The notes beneath the pieces are model-generated. The model did not search any database, was not told where the DNA came from, and saw only the letters and a program-made list of their open reading frames with translations. Position numbers and translations under genes: made by a program. Source: Planctomycetota bacterium (GTDB lineage Bacteria > Planctomycetota > Brocadiia > SM23-32 > JAKLEA01). Taken from it: DNA of 64,000 nt. Shown here piece by piece: positions 9,765 through 19,929 of the stretch. Every line of letters begins with the position of its first letter. The stretch's first letter is position 1. Where the stretch lies: NCBI GenBank assembly GCA_022711755.1, contig JAKLEA010000001.1:336743-400742 (forward strand), written 5' to 3'.

Positions 9765-9790
9765 TGAAGTCCTCCTTGAGTCAGACCTGC

Positions 9791-10501
9791 TCAGTCGCCG
9801 TTTGACACTTCCGCCGGCCAGTTGTCCATTGCTTCCTTGAGGAGAGCTTTGATCCTGGGGGCAGCCTGCTCGACGAAGACGCGCGCAAGCATTGCGCCAT
9901 GTTCCGCGGTCGCTTCCTTGGCGTCCTCCGATATTCCGTCGCGGGAGTGAATAAGCCGCCCCTGCGGCAGGCGCGATAGGTCAACAAGGTCCGGACGATA
10001 GTGCATCATGAGGGACGTCTCATTCTTTCCGCCGTGATCCCCTCCCCTGACGTTCACCCATCCCGCCGGCTCATAGTCTGCCATGGCAAGAACGCGGGGA
10101 TAACGGTGTTTCTCAGTGAATCGCTCAACTGCCGCCTTTACGGTTTCGACATGCTTTGCGCCGTAGTGCCCCATGAGGATCACGATCATCTTGAAGCCTT
10201 CGTCGTACAGGTTCTCAAGGTGTTCGTAGACATACTGATTGACAAGTTCCTTGCTGAACTCAAAGGTATGCCTGAAGCGGGCGCACGGCTTCATTGTCTG
10301 ATATCCGCAGTAGACCGGGGGCAGGACGACTCCGCCCGTCACCGCGCATAATTCAAGAGCCATGCGATGGGCCTTCAACGTGTCAAGGCCGATCGGATTC
10401 TGGGGGCCGTGCCACTCGTGCGAACCCCAGACCAGGTATGCCAGCGGACAAGTCCGTAGAACATGGTTGATCTCGCGCGGCTTCATTTCTTCGTATTTCA
10501 T
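9791..10501 (-). CDS. Creatininase/creatinine amidohydrolase family protein
   Basis: The motif HEWHGPQNPIGLDT is characteristic of the family. The likely start is the internal MKYEEM; the ORF extends to 10561. Confidence 0.5.
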   Translation of the reverse strand: MKYEEMKPREINHVLRTCPLAYLVWGSHEWHGPQNPIGLDTLKAHRMALELCAVTGGVVLPPVYCGYQTMKPCARFRHTFEFSKELVNQYVYEHLENLYDEGFKMIVILMGHYGAKHVETVKAAVERFTEKHRYPRVLAMADYEPAGWVNVRGGDHGGKNETSLMMHYRPDLVDLSRLPQGRLIHSRDGISEDAKEATAEHGAMLARVFVEQAAPRIKALLKEAMDNWPAEVSNGD

Positions 10502-10626
10502 TGAGAGAACCTTTCTGCGCAGCATAATGAAAGCGGCTACCGTCCTGCCTGCTGCGCGCAAAACAGAAAACTCTTCTGATTCTTCACGCTATGCAATTGC
10601 CATGCCGGGAAGTTACCATATCGGAC

Positions 10627-11928
10627 ATGAACATTTCGATGAAGAATTTTGGACAAGCGACTGGGCCGATACTGACGTTAACAGTATTAGCAATTTTATC
10701 CACGGAGCGAATTGTGGCTGAACAAAATGATTGGCGACAAGCCGCCAATAAATCCATCGAGCGCATCAGGAAGGGCGACGTGACCGTTCAAGTAATCGGA
10801 CGCGACGGGAAGGCAATTCCCAACGCCGAGGTTCAACTGGAACAGACGAATCACGACTTCTGGTTCGGGACCTGCTTGAACTGCCGCTTCTTCCAGCCTG
10901 ACGGCGATTCCGATGAGAAAAGCAACTACCTGAGGATTGTGAAGGATTGCTTCAACTCGGCTGTTCCAGAGAACGCGATGAAGTGGTACAGCACGGAATG
11001 GGAGCGGGGCAAGACGACCTATCAGACCATGGACAGGATGCTGGCATGGTGCGAATCGAACAATATCCGGGTCCGGGGTCACTGCATTTTCTGGGACGTT
11101 GATGAATACAACATGAAATGGCTCCACGACCTTCCCGCCGAAGAACTGCGCAAAGAGGTCGAGCGCAGGGCGCGCGAAATCCCGCGAAGGTATCGCGGCA
11201 GGATCGGCGAGTATGACCTGAACAACGAAATGCTCCATGCGAACTTCTTCAGGCGCAAGCTTGGCGAGGATATTATTCTGGACATGTTCAGATGGGCAGC
11301 CGAGGCCGATCCCAAAGCCCTTCTCTATCTCAATGATTACGGGATTCTTTCGGGCGGAATATCCGGAGCCGCCACGCTGTCGCTTTACGAGGCGCAGATA
11401 ACGCAGTTGCAGCAAAAAGGAGTCAAAATCGGCGGAATCGGCTGCCAGGGACATTTTGGAAACAGCATGCCCGACCCTCAATGGATAAGAACCGCGTTTG
11501 ACAGGCTTGGCGCGTTCGGAGTCCCGATAAAGATCACGGAATACGATTACGAAAGCGATGACGATGAGGCCAAAGCACAGGCGCTTGAGACGGTCTATCG
11601 AGTCGCATTCTCACATCCGTCTGTGAACGGCATCCTAATGTGGGGTTTCTGGTCGAAAAGCCACTGGAAGCCCAAAGCAGCGATCTTCCGCGAAGATTTC
11701 GAGCCGAGACCGGCGGCGATTCTCTACCGGAAGCTAGTAAAGGAGGAGTGGCATTCATCGCTGACGGCCAGGACGAATGACCGTGGAGAGGCGTCTGCGC
11801 GTGTATTCTACGGTAGTTATCGCGTTCGCGCGGCAACGCCCGGCGGCCAGACAGTTGAAAAGAGTTTTGTGTTCCCCAAAGGCGCCAAGGAGCCTTTTGC
11901 TGTTCGGATTGAGATGCGCAATCCCTGA
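10627..11928 (+). CDS. Secreted glycoside hydrolase family 10 (endo-beta-1,4-xylanase-like) with an N-terminal beta-sandwich module
   Basis: It has a signal peptide and a GH10-like catalytic region (HCIFWDVDEY...LNDYG...KITEYD). The ORF track start is 10591. Confidence 0.65.
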   Translation: MNISMKNFGQATGPILTLTVLAILSTERIVAEQNDWRQAANKSIERIRKGDVTVQVIGRDGKAIPNAEVQLEQTNHDFWFGTCLNCRFFQPDGDSDEKSNYLRIVKDCFNSAVPENAMKWYSTEWERGKTTYQTMDRMLAWCESNNIRVRGHCIFWDVDEYNMKWLHDLPAEELRKEVERRAREIPRRYRGRIGEYDLNNEMLHANFFRRKLGEDIILDMFRWAAEADPKALLYLNDYGILSGGISGAATLSLYEAQITQLQQKGVKIGGIGCQGHFGNSMPDPQWIRTAFDRLGAFGVPIKITEYDYESDDDEAKAQALETVYRVAFSHPSVNGILMWGFWSKSHWKPKAAIFREDFEPRPAAILYRKLVKEEWHSSLTARTNDRGEASARVFYGSYRVRAATPGGQTVEKSFVFPKGAKEPFAVRIEMRNP

Positions 11929-11971
11929 CAGCATAAGCAATTCAGTGAATGCCGTCGAAGAGGCATGAGCA

Positions 11972-12469
11972 ATGAAGAAGACAGGCAAGGAAATGAATGA
12001 CGAAAACTTGATGAAATTCTCCGTGATTTGCCGCTACCGTGACGATGGAACAGGCGCATTGCGCAGCGAAGGAATGCCGGAACTGGAGGTCGGACCTCCC
12101 ATTGCATTTGGGGGTCGGGCTGGGACATGGTGTCCCGCGCAGTTGCTTCTTGCCGCTTTGGAGAGTTGTTCCATGCTCACGTTCATGCGGATTGCGGGAA
12201 AGAAGAAACTGCCCGTGAAATCCTACAAGGTTTCCGCAAGCTGTTACGCGCGCATTGAGAAAGGGAACGTCGAATTCGAAAGCATTGACCTGCTGATTGA
12301 GACATCGCTCCCCAGCGAGAGTTACAAGGACCTTGCCGGAGAATGTTTCGACGAGGCCGAAGCCGCCTGCCCCGTCAGGAAGGCTTTATCATGTTCTGTG
12401 ACTTCCGCCTTCGTGATGACCTTCGAGGATCGTCCTTCCCGCAAGTGTTGCGACGAGCCAGGGAAATAG
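11972..12469 (+). CDS. OsmC/Ohr family peroxiredoxin-like protein
   Basis: The OsmC core is recognisable (AQLLLAALESCSMLTF...CPV). Confidence 0.7.
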   Translation: MKKTGKEMNDENLMKFSVICRYRDDGTGALRSEGMPELEVGPPIAFGGRAGTWCPAQLLLAALESCSMLTFMRIAGKKKLPVKSYKVSASCYARIEKGNVEFESIDLLIETSLPSESYKDLAGECFDEAEAACPVRKALSCSVTSAFVMTFEDRPSRKCCDEPGK

Positions 12470-12539
12470 CCGCGTTGACACTAGATTCCAGGCGCGACTA
12501 AAATCCCGCTTCCCATCGAAGATACTTTTCCGACCCGAC

Positions 12540-13367
12540 ATGCTTCGCAAATTGACAGCCTTGGCAATCGTCTGTTTCTGGGCGGCAATGATGAGCCTGC
12601 TGCTCAGGCGGGAGGTCTTCCCCGAGAAGCCGAAGATCGCAGACGCAGACTACTCGCACATGCTGGGTCAACGCGATGTCCGGCACGTGGAGATGGGCAT
12701 TTACAGCCAGAGCTATCGGATCGGGAGCCTCGTTGCCGACACGAAGAGGATCGAAGGCGGAGAGTTCGAGTATGAGTGCGAGGTACGTTTCACTGAATTC
12801 AAGTCCGTGATGCCCCGGTTGAAGATGTTATCCAACGCCGAGATTGACGTCTTTGCCCGCGCGTCAGCGATATCCGGGCTGAGTCGGTTCGAAGCCGAAC
12901 TTCGCGCCGCGGACATGGAGCCGTTTAAGATCAGCGCCATGCCCAGGGGCGATGATGAAATCTGGGTGATAATACGTCATGGCGAAGGACAGCCTGAGAC
13001 GGTGAAGGTCCCCATGAGCAGCAAGAGAGTAATTTCCAGCGGGATCGGCCCGCTGTCCCAGATTCCCAAGTTGGGCAGGAATGACGTTGGGCGGCAGTGG
13101 CGGATGAAGATGATCAGCCCGTTCACCGGTCGGGCGGACGACATGGTAGTAAAAGTCGTCCGCCGTTCCCTGGCGATGCTTGGCGATCAGGAGGTTCAGG
13201 CTTATCAACTCGAAATTACAGTCGGAAAGATGCTGCTGAAGGCGTGGGTTGACGCTGACGGCGAGGTGCTTGTGCAGGAAACCCCTTTCCTCGTATCGCT
13301 GAGGCGGGAGAATCCCGCCGTTAGAATCCCGGACGATGAAAATGGTGAAGCTGGAGAACGTGACTAA
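12540..13367 (+). CDS. Hypothetical protein with an N-terminal TM anchor. It overlaps the ABC ATPase gene downstream.
   Basis: The ORF has an N-terminal hydrophobic helix (LTALAIVCFWAAMMSLLL). No family was recognised. Confidence 0.4.
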   Translation: MLRKLTALAIVCFWAAMMSLLLRREVFPEKPKIADADYSHMLGQRDVRHVEMGIYSQSYRIGSLVADTKRIEGGEFEYECEVRFTEFKSVMPRLKMLSNAEIDVFARASAISGLSRFEAELRAADMEPFKISAMPRGDDEIWVIIRHGEGQPETVKVPMSSKRVISSGIGPLSQIPKLGRNDVGRQWRMKMISPFTGRADDMVVKVVRRSLAMLGDQEVQAYQLEITVGKMLLKAWVDADGEVLVQETPFLVSLRRENPAVRIPDDENGEAGERD

Positions 13368-14139
13368 GCAGTTCGCCGCGACGCTGGCTGTGGATAACCT
13401 CAGCCTGGACATTTCCCCGGGGGAGGTATTTGCGTTCCTCGGACCGAACGGCGCGGGCAAGACGACGACCATAAAGATGATGACAGGCCTGTTACGTCCG
13501 ACGAAAGGGCGGATCGAAATTTGTGGATATGACATTCAGGAGGCCCCGATAGAGGCGAAGAGATGCCTCTCTTATGTGCCCGATCAGCCGTTCATATACG
13601 ATAAGCTTACCGGGCGGGAGTTTCTCGAATTCGTGGGGCAGATGTACGGCATTCCGGAGGAGAAGCGGCGGAGCGATATGGCCGCCCTGGTGGAAAGGTT
13701 CGAGATCAGCGATTTTGCTGACACGCTTTCGGAGACTTACAGTCACGGCATGAGGCAGCGTGTTGTAATAGCCGCCGCCCTGCTGCATAATCCGAAGGCT
13801 CTTATTGTGGATGAACCGATGGTCGGACTGGATCCACGCAGCGCGAGAATACTGAAGAATGTTCTGCGGGAAATCGCCGACGCAGGATCGGTTGTGTTCA
13901 TCTCAACTCATACGCTTGCCGTCGCCGAAGAGATTGCGGACCGGATCGGGATCATCCATCATGGAAGGCTGGCGGCATTGGGAACCATTTCGGAGATAAG
14001 GTCCGGACACAATTCCGAAAGCGGGCTGGAGGACCTGTTCCTCCAGTTGACTGATGACGCCGACGGTGAAACGAACTTCCGCAATGGAACAGACAAGCCA
14101 GGCTTGTCAGCCTGGAGCGATGAATACAAGCGTGAATAA
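13336..14139 (+). CDS. ABC transporter ATP-binding protein (ABC-2/CcmA-like)
   Basis: It has Walker A GPNGAGKTTT, the signature YSHGMRQR and Walker B LIVDEP. Confidence 0.85.
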   Translation: MKMVKLENVTKQFAATLAVDNLSLDISPGEVFAFLGPNGAGKTTTIKMMTGLLRPTKGRIEICGYDIQEAPIEAKRCLSYVPDQPFIYDKLTGREFLEFVGQMYGIPEEKRRSDMAALVERFEISDFADTLSETYSHGMRQRVVIAAALLHNPKALIVDEPMVGLDPRSARILKNVLREIADAGSVVFISTHTLAVAEEIADRIGIIHHGRLAALGTISEIRSGHNSESGLEDLFLQLTDDADGETNFRNGTDKPGLSAWSDEYKRE

Positions 14140-14142
14140 AGC

Positions 14143-15585
14143 ATGAATGCAATAATTGGAAGTCCCATGATGTTGTCAGAGCCGCGGACAATGGCAGTCG
14201 CAGTAGGCCTCGTCCTTGCGGCGCTGGCCGCGTTGCTGTTGCTCCTGATCCCGCAGACACGCCCGACCTTTTACCAATTCAAGATCAGTTTCACCTATGC
14301 CCGCCGCAAGCTGACCTCGCTACTGGCAGTCGGCGGCGTGACGGTGGCAGTGATGGTGCTCATAGTCGTTTTATCGGTTATGCGCGGATTCGACAAGGAG
14401 TTGCGCAGCCGGGTGCGCGGCACGCTTTCGCACATTGAGATACAAAAGCGCGGGACGATTCACGGATTTGAAGATTATCAGGAGCGAATGGCCGAGATAC
14501 TTAAGGTCAGGCACGTCGCCGCGGCCGCGCCTTTCATCCGGCACATAGCTCTTGCGCGGATGTCTCCCCCGCCCGGAGCGCCGTATGCCCAGATGTATCC
14601 GGACAGCACGCTGACGGTTTCATTCAAGGCAATTAATCCTGAGCTTGAATCGCAAGTGACGGATCTGAAGGATTACTTTGCGGCTGCGCCTTTCAACAGG
14701 AAGACTCCAGACATCCTCAATACCGAATTCGCATCGCCATCAGGGGGAAAACTTCCCGCCGCTGTCTGCGGCCTTGAACTGGTGCGCGTCTATCGCAAAC
14801 CAAAGGACGAGGATGAGCAGGGGTATAACTTCTGGCCGGAAGGAAGTCTTCTGGTCCTGGTCACCGCAACTGAAGACGTCGAGCGGAGGCTCCAGCGCTT
14901 CTACCTTGCCGGCACGTTTAAAAGCGGGATGTTCGATTTCGACAACAATTTCGTCTACATACCGCTGGACGCTGCGCAGCGGATGCTTGATACAAAAGGG
15001 GTGACCGGAATCGGCGTGAAACTGGACGACTATAGAAACGCCGACCCGGCCAAGATGGAGTTGGAGCGCGTTCTCGGCCCTGACTATTCGGTTAAAACCT
15101 GGGAAGAGCTTCGTTGGACTTTTCTAACGGCGGTCAAACTGGAAAGAATTGTTCAGGCGATCATCCTGTTCTTCCTTCTGCTGGTCGCTGGCTTCTGCAT
15201 AATGGCAATACTGAGCATGACGGTATTCGAGAAACGACGCGACATCGGAATTTTGAAGTCAATCGGCGTGCCGAGCGCCGGGATAAGAAACATTTTCTTA
15301 ATGAACGGCTTGTACATAGGCGTCATCGGATCGGTTCTGGGCGTGGCGTGCGGCATGGCGGTGTGCAGCGGATTGAATCCACTTGAACGTTGGGTTGCGA
15401 AGACGTTTGGGTTCAGCCTGTGGCCGCGGGAGGTTTATTATTTTGACGAGATTCCTGTTGACGCTTCCGCCCTGTATGTCGTTGTGATTGCGGTTACGGC
15501 AATATTGATAAGCCTGCTTTCAAGCCTGCTTCCAGCCTGGAGGGCGTCACGACTCGACCCTATCGAGACGCTTCGTTTTGAATAA
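14143..15585 (+). CDS. ABC transporter permease, FtsX/MacB-LolCE-like
   Basis: It has an N-terminal TM, a large periplasmic domain and the C-terminal FtsX-type 3-TM bundle (GILKSIGV..., LLPAWRASRLDPIETLR). Confidence 0.7.
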   Translation: MNAIIGSPMMLSEPRTMAVAVGLVLAALAALLLLLIPQTRPTFYQFKISFTYARRKLTSLLAVGGVTVAVMVLIVVLSVMRGFDKELRSRVRGTLSHIEIQKRGTIHGFEDYQERMAEILKVRHVAAAAPFIRHIALARMSPPPGAPYAQMYPDSTLTVSFKAINPELESQVTDLKDYFAAAPFNRKTPDILNTEFASPSGGKLPAAVCGLELVRVYRKPKDEDEQGYNFWPEGSLLVLVTATEDVERRLQRFYLAGTFKSGMFDFDNNFVYIPLDAAQRMLDTKGVTGIGVKLDDYRNADPAKMELERVLGPDYSVKTWEELRWTFLTAVKLERIVQAIILFFLLLVAGFCIMAILSMTVFEKRRDIGILKSIGVPSAGIRNIFLMNGLYIGVIGSVLGVACGMAVCSGLNPLERWVAKTFGFSLWPREVYYFDEIPVDASALYVVVIAVTAILISLLSSLLPAWRASRLDPIETLRFE

Positions 15586-15598
15586 GAATATCCGGGCT

Positions 15599-18500
15599 TT
15601 ATTTTACTCCGGAATCGCTCACCCAGGACTTTGAGCTTGTCAGCCTCATTTTGAAGTTCTGAGCCGCGTTGGCGACGCCCTTGTCATCGTTTGCCGCAAG
15701 CAGGATAAACTCAACCGGACGTCCCGTCTTCCCGAACCGTTCCGCCAATGGTCCGGATATTCCATCCCATGAAACCCGACGCACGACGTAACGTTCTCTG
15801 CCGGGGAAAGATTCCGAAAAGGCCGGTCCTTCCGACATGCCCAGCAGCATATCCAGCAGACTGTCACGCGCGCGGTTTCCTATTACAATGACAGTCTGCG
15901 CCGAGGCGGAAGGAGCATATAGCGTTTCATCAATAATTATTCCGGCAAGATCGGACGTTCCTTCAGAAAGAGACGATATGTAGCTCTTTATGCTCTGGGC
16001 CTGCGCCCAGTCAGTTTTTACGTTGTTGCGTGCCACTATCTGAGCCACAAGGTTTCCGTTGTCCACTATCGGAAGATCCTGCCATCGGATGACAGGTTTC
16101 ATGTCGCGGGCGCGTTTCTGGAATTCTGAGAGAGCGTTCAGCAACTTTTCGCGCGCGTTGCAAAGCCTCAGTTGAAGCGGCTCCGTCTTCGGATCATCCG
16201 ATAGCGCAAGAACTTCCGCCAGAACCTCCTGCGCTGTTTCTTCGGGATTTCTGCTCCCGGCGTCACGCAGATCAGGACTTAGATTTTGCAGAAGATTCAG
16301 GTAGCGCGCGTCATTAATGCCGTCCCTGACTGCGTCCCATGCGGGCGAACAAATCAGGATATTGCCTGTCACAGAAGTCTCTGCGGGAGACGCTCCGGAT
16401 GCGCCGCCTGCTGACGCGGCGGAATCAGTCGGCGCGTATTCTCTGACCTTTATGGGCGTCCAGAGTTTTCTGAATTCCTTGCGCCCGGCCAGCGCAAGCC
16501 AGCAATCCCGTCTGGCATCCCATGGAGATGAAACGCCATAATTGTGCCACAGGCCGATGGAATCGCCCGATGCGGGGGCAAGGAGACCTTGCTGAAGCGC
16601 CGTAGAAGGGATCGTTCTCGCATTGAACTCCCATTGCCACACGCTTTGCCTGGCCGACCTGAGCAAGGTGATTCCCGAAGGGTCAGGGACCTTTTCCGTG
16701 AAAGTTGCGAAAGGTTTCCACCCCAGAGCGGAAAGCTCCTTGAGCGCCGGGATATAGGCATTCAGGAAATTGTCCGTGGTCAACTGGCCAGTCAGCCAGA
16801 GCGAAGTTTCCCGGTAACCTTTATCGCGAAGGTATTGCCGCAATTCGCCCCAATACCATCTCATGATGCGGGCAGGATCGTTCATCACTGCCGGAGAAGG
16901 CCCGGCGGCGGAAGCAAATTTGTCATATGGGGCCTCAACGCAGACTTCAAGAAGGCCGGCATAAATTGCGAAATCGGTATAAACGTCAAGCTTGGAGAAA
17001 TCCAGCGGGGGAAGCTGAGGCTTGGTTAAGAAGTCCGGTGTGGCTGCAATAACTTCATCAAGCGTGCGATTTGTGCCGCGAATCATGACAATCTTGTTGC
17101 CGAACAAATCAAATGGAAGGACAATGCCGCCACAACCATGTTGTGCCGCAGTTGTGAAATATCGTTTCAAGCGGACGGGATCCCAGGAAGGCATTTCGCC
17201 ATTGGCCGGCATGCCGAGAACCACCGCGCCGCCCACCGCGCGAACAGAATGAACCCTAATCCTGATCGGTATCTGAGCGAGCACTTCATCCGATGAGACA
17301 ATAGTCAACGCGCTTGTGTATTCGCCCGGCGGCAGGCCTGAACTGTCAAAGGTTAATGCCGCAATCCGATTCTCGCCAGGATTCAAATTGAAGGATTTTC
17401 GCTCAATCAGTATCGGATAAGGTTCCGACGACGCGTTTTGCGATTCGATGTTCTCGACAATTCTGGCTTTTATGGCGTCCACAGCAGGCAAGGAGGCCAA
17501 TGACGGCTTTTCACCAGGATTGTCGCTTGCAGTCTTCAAATCAGAGACAGTCATTCGGATATTCGTTCTCAGCCTGCCGGAGCGGAGAGCAAACCAGAAT
17601 GCGTAATACTCCGCCATGCCGAGGTCCGCGTCAATTTTCACGCAGGGCATTATGGTTTCTCCGCCCGGCGGAATAAATACAGTCAAAGCGCCGTCAGTGG
17701 CAACGGGCGCAACTTTGTCAACAACGGGTTCCGGTTTCCACTCCGGGATGGCGCTGGCGATGAAACCCTTCGGATTCTCACGTTGCGGCCCTGAGGCCAT
17801 GGCTCCATCTTCAGTGATTCGCATGTCAAAGGCAGAGAGCCTGTCACTCTCCGTCCCTGCGCGAAATGCGATTTCATAACTCCCCTTCGGCGGAACCGGC
17901 CAATACCAGACGGTTTGAATGGTGGCTGCCGGATCCCATCCCGCTGGGATTATAAAATCATGCTTTCCAATCGTCTTTTCCCCCGCTCGCGCAATAACTG
18001 AGACGGGAAATTCAGCTCGCGGCTTGAAATTCAACAATCCTGTCCAGGATATCCTGACGGCGTTCTTTCCCTGGAGCAGACGCGCCGAAGCGACCATGTC
18101 CTTCCCCGCAAAGGAAACCGAATCCATGCCACGCAACGGGATTATCCATATTGTTGTTGTTCCAGACTTGCCTGCCGGCAAGCCCGCAGAACGCAATTCA
18201 AGCATCGGAGACTGCCCGGGGGAGGCTCTGCGAAGAACAAATGATTGCAGAGTGTCATAATCCGTCACGAGCGCGCAGCCCGCGCCATCTGTGCCAAGCC
18301 ATGCGGCCCAGCCGGCAAGCGGCGAATCATTGATCGTATCGGTCTGCAGGTCCTTGACGTTGGCAGCCGTAACGCCTGAAGTGGTGGGCCAAAGCACGCG
18401 AAGCTCAGGATCGGCAAGCGGGTATTCCATCTGAATAGCCGGACGCAGTTCAGTGGGCGTTGTGTTGCGCACTGTTATTTCACAACCCAACGCCGCGCAT

Positions 18501-18973
18501 CCTTCCCTGAGAAAATATCGCTTTACTGTGCGCCCGGGATTGGGAGCTTCCTCCTCCAAAGCGACGCTCGCTTCCGGCGGAGTTCTGGAGATATGTCCGA
18601 CCTTGTACCTTCTTCCAGGCTCATCCAATTCCGTATGCCAGCCGCGGGAACCACTCGCCGTCTGAACAAGTTCCCTATGGCTCAGGCGGTCAACAATGGA
18701 TACTATTGACCCTGAGCGGGTCGGAGATATAGCCACCGAGATATAATCATTTGCAAGGATATAAGACTTCGAGGTTCCATCTTCTTGTTCAAGGCATATC
18801 AATTCAGCGCGCGCGGGGGCCGGCAATATGAGCGGCATCAAGAGAATGGCGGCAATCGCCGGGAAACACAGGCGAGATGGTGGCTCTGAACCTTCTGAAG
18901 TGTTTATAAATTGAATCCTATCGCTCATGTCCGCTTCCAGAAGCGAAGAGACTGTGCGACCGCCAAAATTCAA
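15599..18973 (-). CDS. Large secreted hypothetical protein (1124 aa)
   Basis: It is a long ORF with a signal-peptide-like N-terminus. No family was recognised. It is the last gene of the ispG-dxr-rseP-lipoprotein string. Confidence 0.5.
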   Translation of the reverse strand: MNFGGRTVSSLLEADMSDRIQFINTSEGSEPPSRLCFPAIAAILLMPLILPAPARAELICLEQEDGTSKSYILANDYISVAISPTRSGSIVSIVDRLSHRELVQTASGSRGWHTELDEPGRRYKVGHISRTPPEASVALEEEAPNPGRTVKRYFLREGCAALGCEITVRNTTPTELRPAIQMEYPLADPELRVLWPTTSGVTAANVKDLQTDTINDSPLAGWAAWLGTDGAGCALVTDYDTLQSFVLRRASPGQSPMLELRSAGLPAGKSGTTTIWIIPLRGMDSVSFAGKDMVASARLLQGKNAVRISWTGLLNFKPRAEFPVSVIARAGEKTIGKHDFIIPAGWDPAATIQTVWYWPVPPKGSYEIAFRAGTESDRLSAFDMRITEDGAMASGPQRENPKGFIASAIPEWKPEPVVDKVAPVATDGALTVFIPPGGETIMPCVKIDADLGMAEYYAFWFALRSGRLRTNIRMTVSDLKTASDNPGEKPSLASLPAVDAIKARIVENIESQNASSEPYPILIERKSFNLNPGENRIAALTFDSSGLPPGEYTSALTIVSSDEVLAQIPIRIRVHSVRAVGGAVVLGMPANGEMPSWDPVRLKRYFTTAAQHGCGGIVLPFDLFGNKIVMIRGTNRTLDEVIAATPDFLTKPQLPPLDFSKLDVYTDFAIYAGLLEVCVEAPYDKFASAAGPSPAVMNDPARIMRWYWGELRQYLRDKGYRETSLWLTGQLTTDNFLNAYIPALKELSALGWKPFATFTEKVPDPSGITLLRSARQSVWQWEFNARTIPSTALQQGLLAPASGDSIGLWHNYGVSSPWDARRDCWLALAGRKEFRKLWTPIKVREYAPTDSAASAGGASGASPAETSVTGNILICSPAWDAVRDGINDARYLNLLQNLSPDLRDAGSRNPEETAQEVLAEVLALSDDPKTEPLQLRLCNAREKLLNALSEFQKRARDMKPVIRWQDLPIVDNGNLVAQIVARNNVKTDWAQAQSIKSYISSLSEGTSDLAGIIIDETLYAPSASAQTVIVIGNRARDSLLDMLLGMSEGPAFSESFPGRERYVVRRVSWDGISGPLAERFGKTGRPVEFILLAANDDKGVANAAQNFKMRLTSSKSWVSDSGVK

Positions 18974-19001
18974 GATCAGCCGTCACAAACATCTACGCCC
19001 A

Positions 19002-19919
19002 TCAAGGCTGGGCCTTCATGCCTTCTATCATAACCGCCGCCGTTGCAGAACGCTCCCCGCCCAAGGCTATGTATTTCCGCATCAGACTCTCAGCTTCAGC
19101 CTTGCCGTCAGTCTTCCGGGCGATTGTAACTGCGAGGTTGAAAACTGCCGGGGCGTATGTCTCATCAAGCTTGACTGCCTCCCTTAGGGATGCCTCGGCT
19201 TCATCGTGTTTTTCCTTGCGAATCTGCGCCACAGCGATGTTGTTCAGCGTTTTCAAACGCATGGCTAATGCAGCCTTTTCCTGGCCTTTTGCTTCATTGG
19301 CCTTCTTCAAAGCTTTCTCGTAATGCTCGAGCGCCTTGTCATAAAGCCCGCCTGCGGCGTAAGCGCGTCCGATCCTGAACTGAGTTTCCGCGTCGTCCGC
19401 GCCAAGAGACTCAACGGCCAGTAGAAGCTCGCAGACCTGCAGATATTCCTCTCGCTTGTAAGCATTGTCCGCCATTACCATCATGCTGATGGCGACCTTG
19501 TTGATCTGCTCCCGGCTCACGCCGGAGTCCACGGTTGCGGGAGCAGGAGGGGTCTTATCTGAAGACGGTTCAGCCGCAACTGCCTGAGCTTGTTCCGCTT
19601 TCTTGCCGGATTCGCTTAGTTTTGCGGACAGCTCATTTATCTGAGCGTTGAGTTTTTCATTTGCCGAGGCAAGATCGCCGAGTTTTTCAGTCAGTTCGTC
19701 TGTTCTTTTTGAGGCATCGGACAGCTCTTTGAGTTTTACGGCCTGATTGTCAAGAGCAGTCTTTTGCTCATCCAGAAGTTTCTGCTTCACAACAAGATCG
19801 TTGCGGAGGCTTGCGTTCTCCCTCTTCTGCATTTCCAGCGCTTCGTCATTTCTGCGGCAACCGGAAACACCGAAGGTCAACATCATGGCAATAAACGTAA
19901 GTATGATTGAGATTCTCAT
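19002..19919 (-). CDS. Lipoprotein with a coiled-coil segment and TPR repeats
   Basis: The lipobox is FGVSGC. A heptad-rich segment and TPR-like helices (GRAYAAGGLYDKALEHYEKAL) follow. Confidence 0.6.
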   Translation of the reverse strand: MRISIILTFIAMMLTFGVSGCRRNDEALEMQKRENASLRNDLVVKQKLLDEQKTALDNQAVKLKELSDASKRTDELTEKLGDLASANEKLNAQINELSAKLSESGKKAEQAQAVAAEPSSDKTPPAPATVDSGVSREQINKVAISMMVMADNAYKREEYLQVCELLLAVESLGADDAETQFRIGRAYAAGGLYDKALEHYEKALKKANEAKGQEKAALAMRLKTLNNIAVAQIRKEKHDEAEASLREAVKLDETYAPAVFNLAVTIARKTDGKAEAESLMRKYIALGGERSATAAVMIEGMKAQP

Positions 19920-19929
19920 TCCATTCCCT

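Noticed and set aside
8877-11481. Antisense ORFs 8877..9767 (+) and 10696..11481 (-), each about 260-300 aa
   Set aside because: They overlap the sulfatase and GH10 genes, which have clear family motifs. Neither antisense ORF has a recognisable domain or an RBS.
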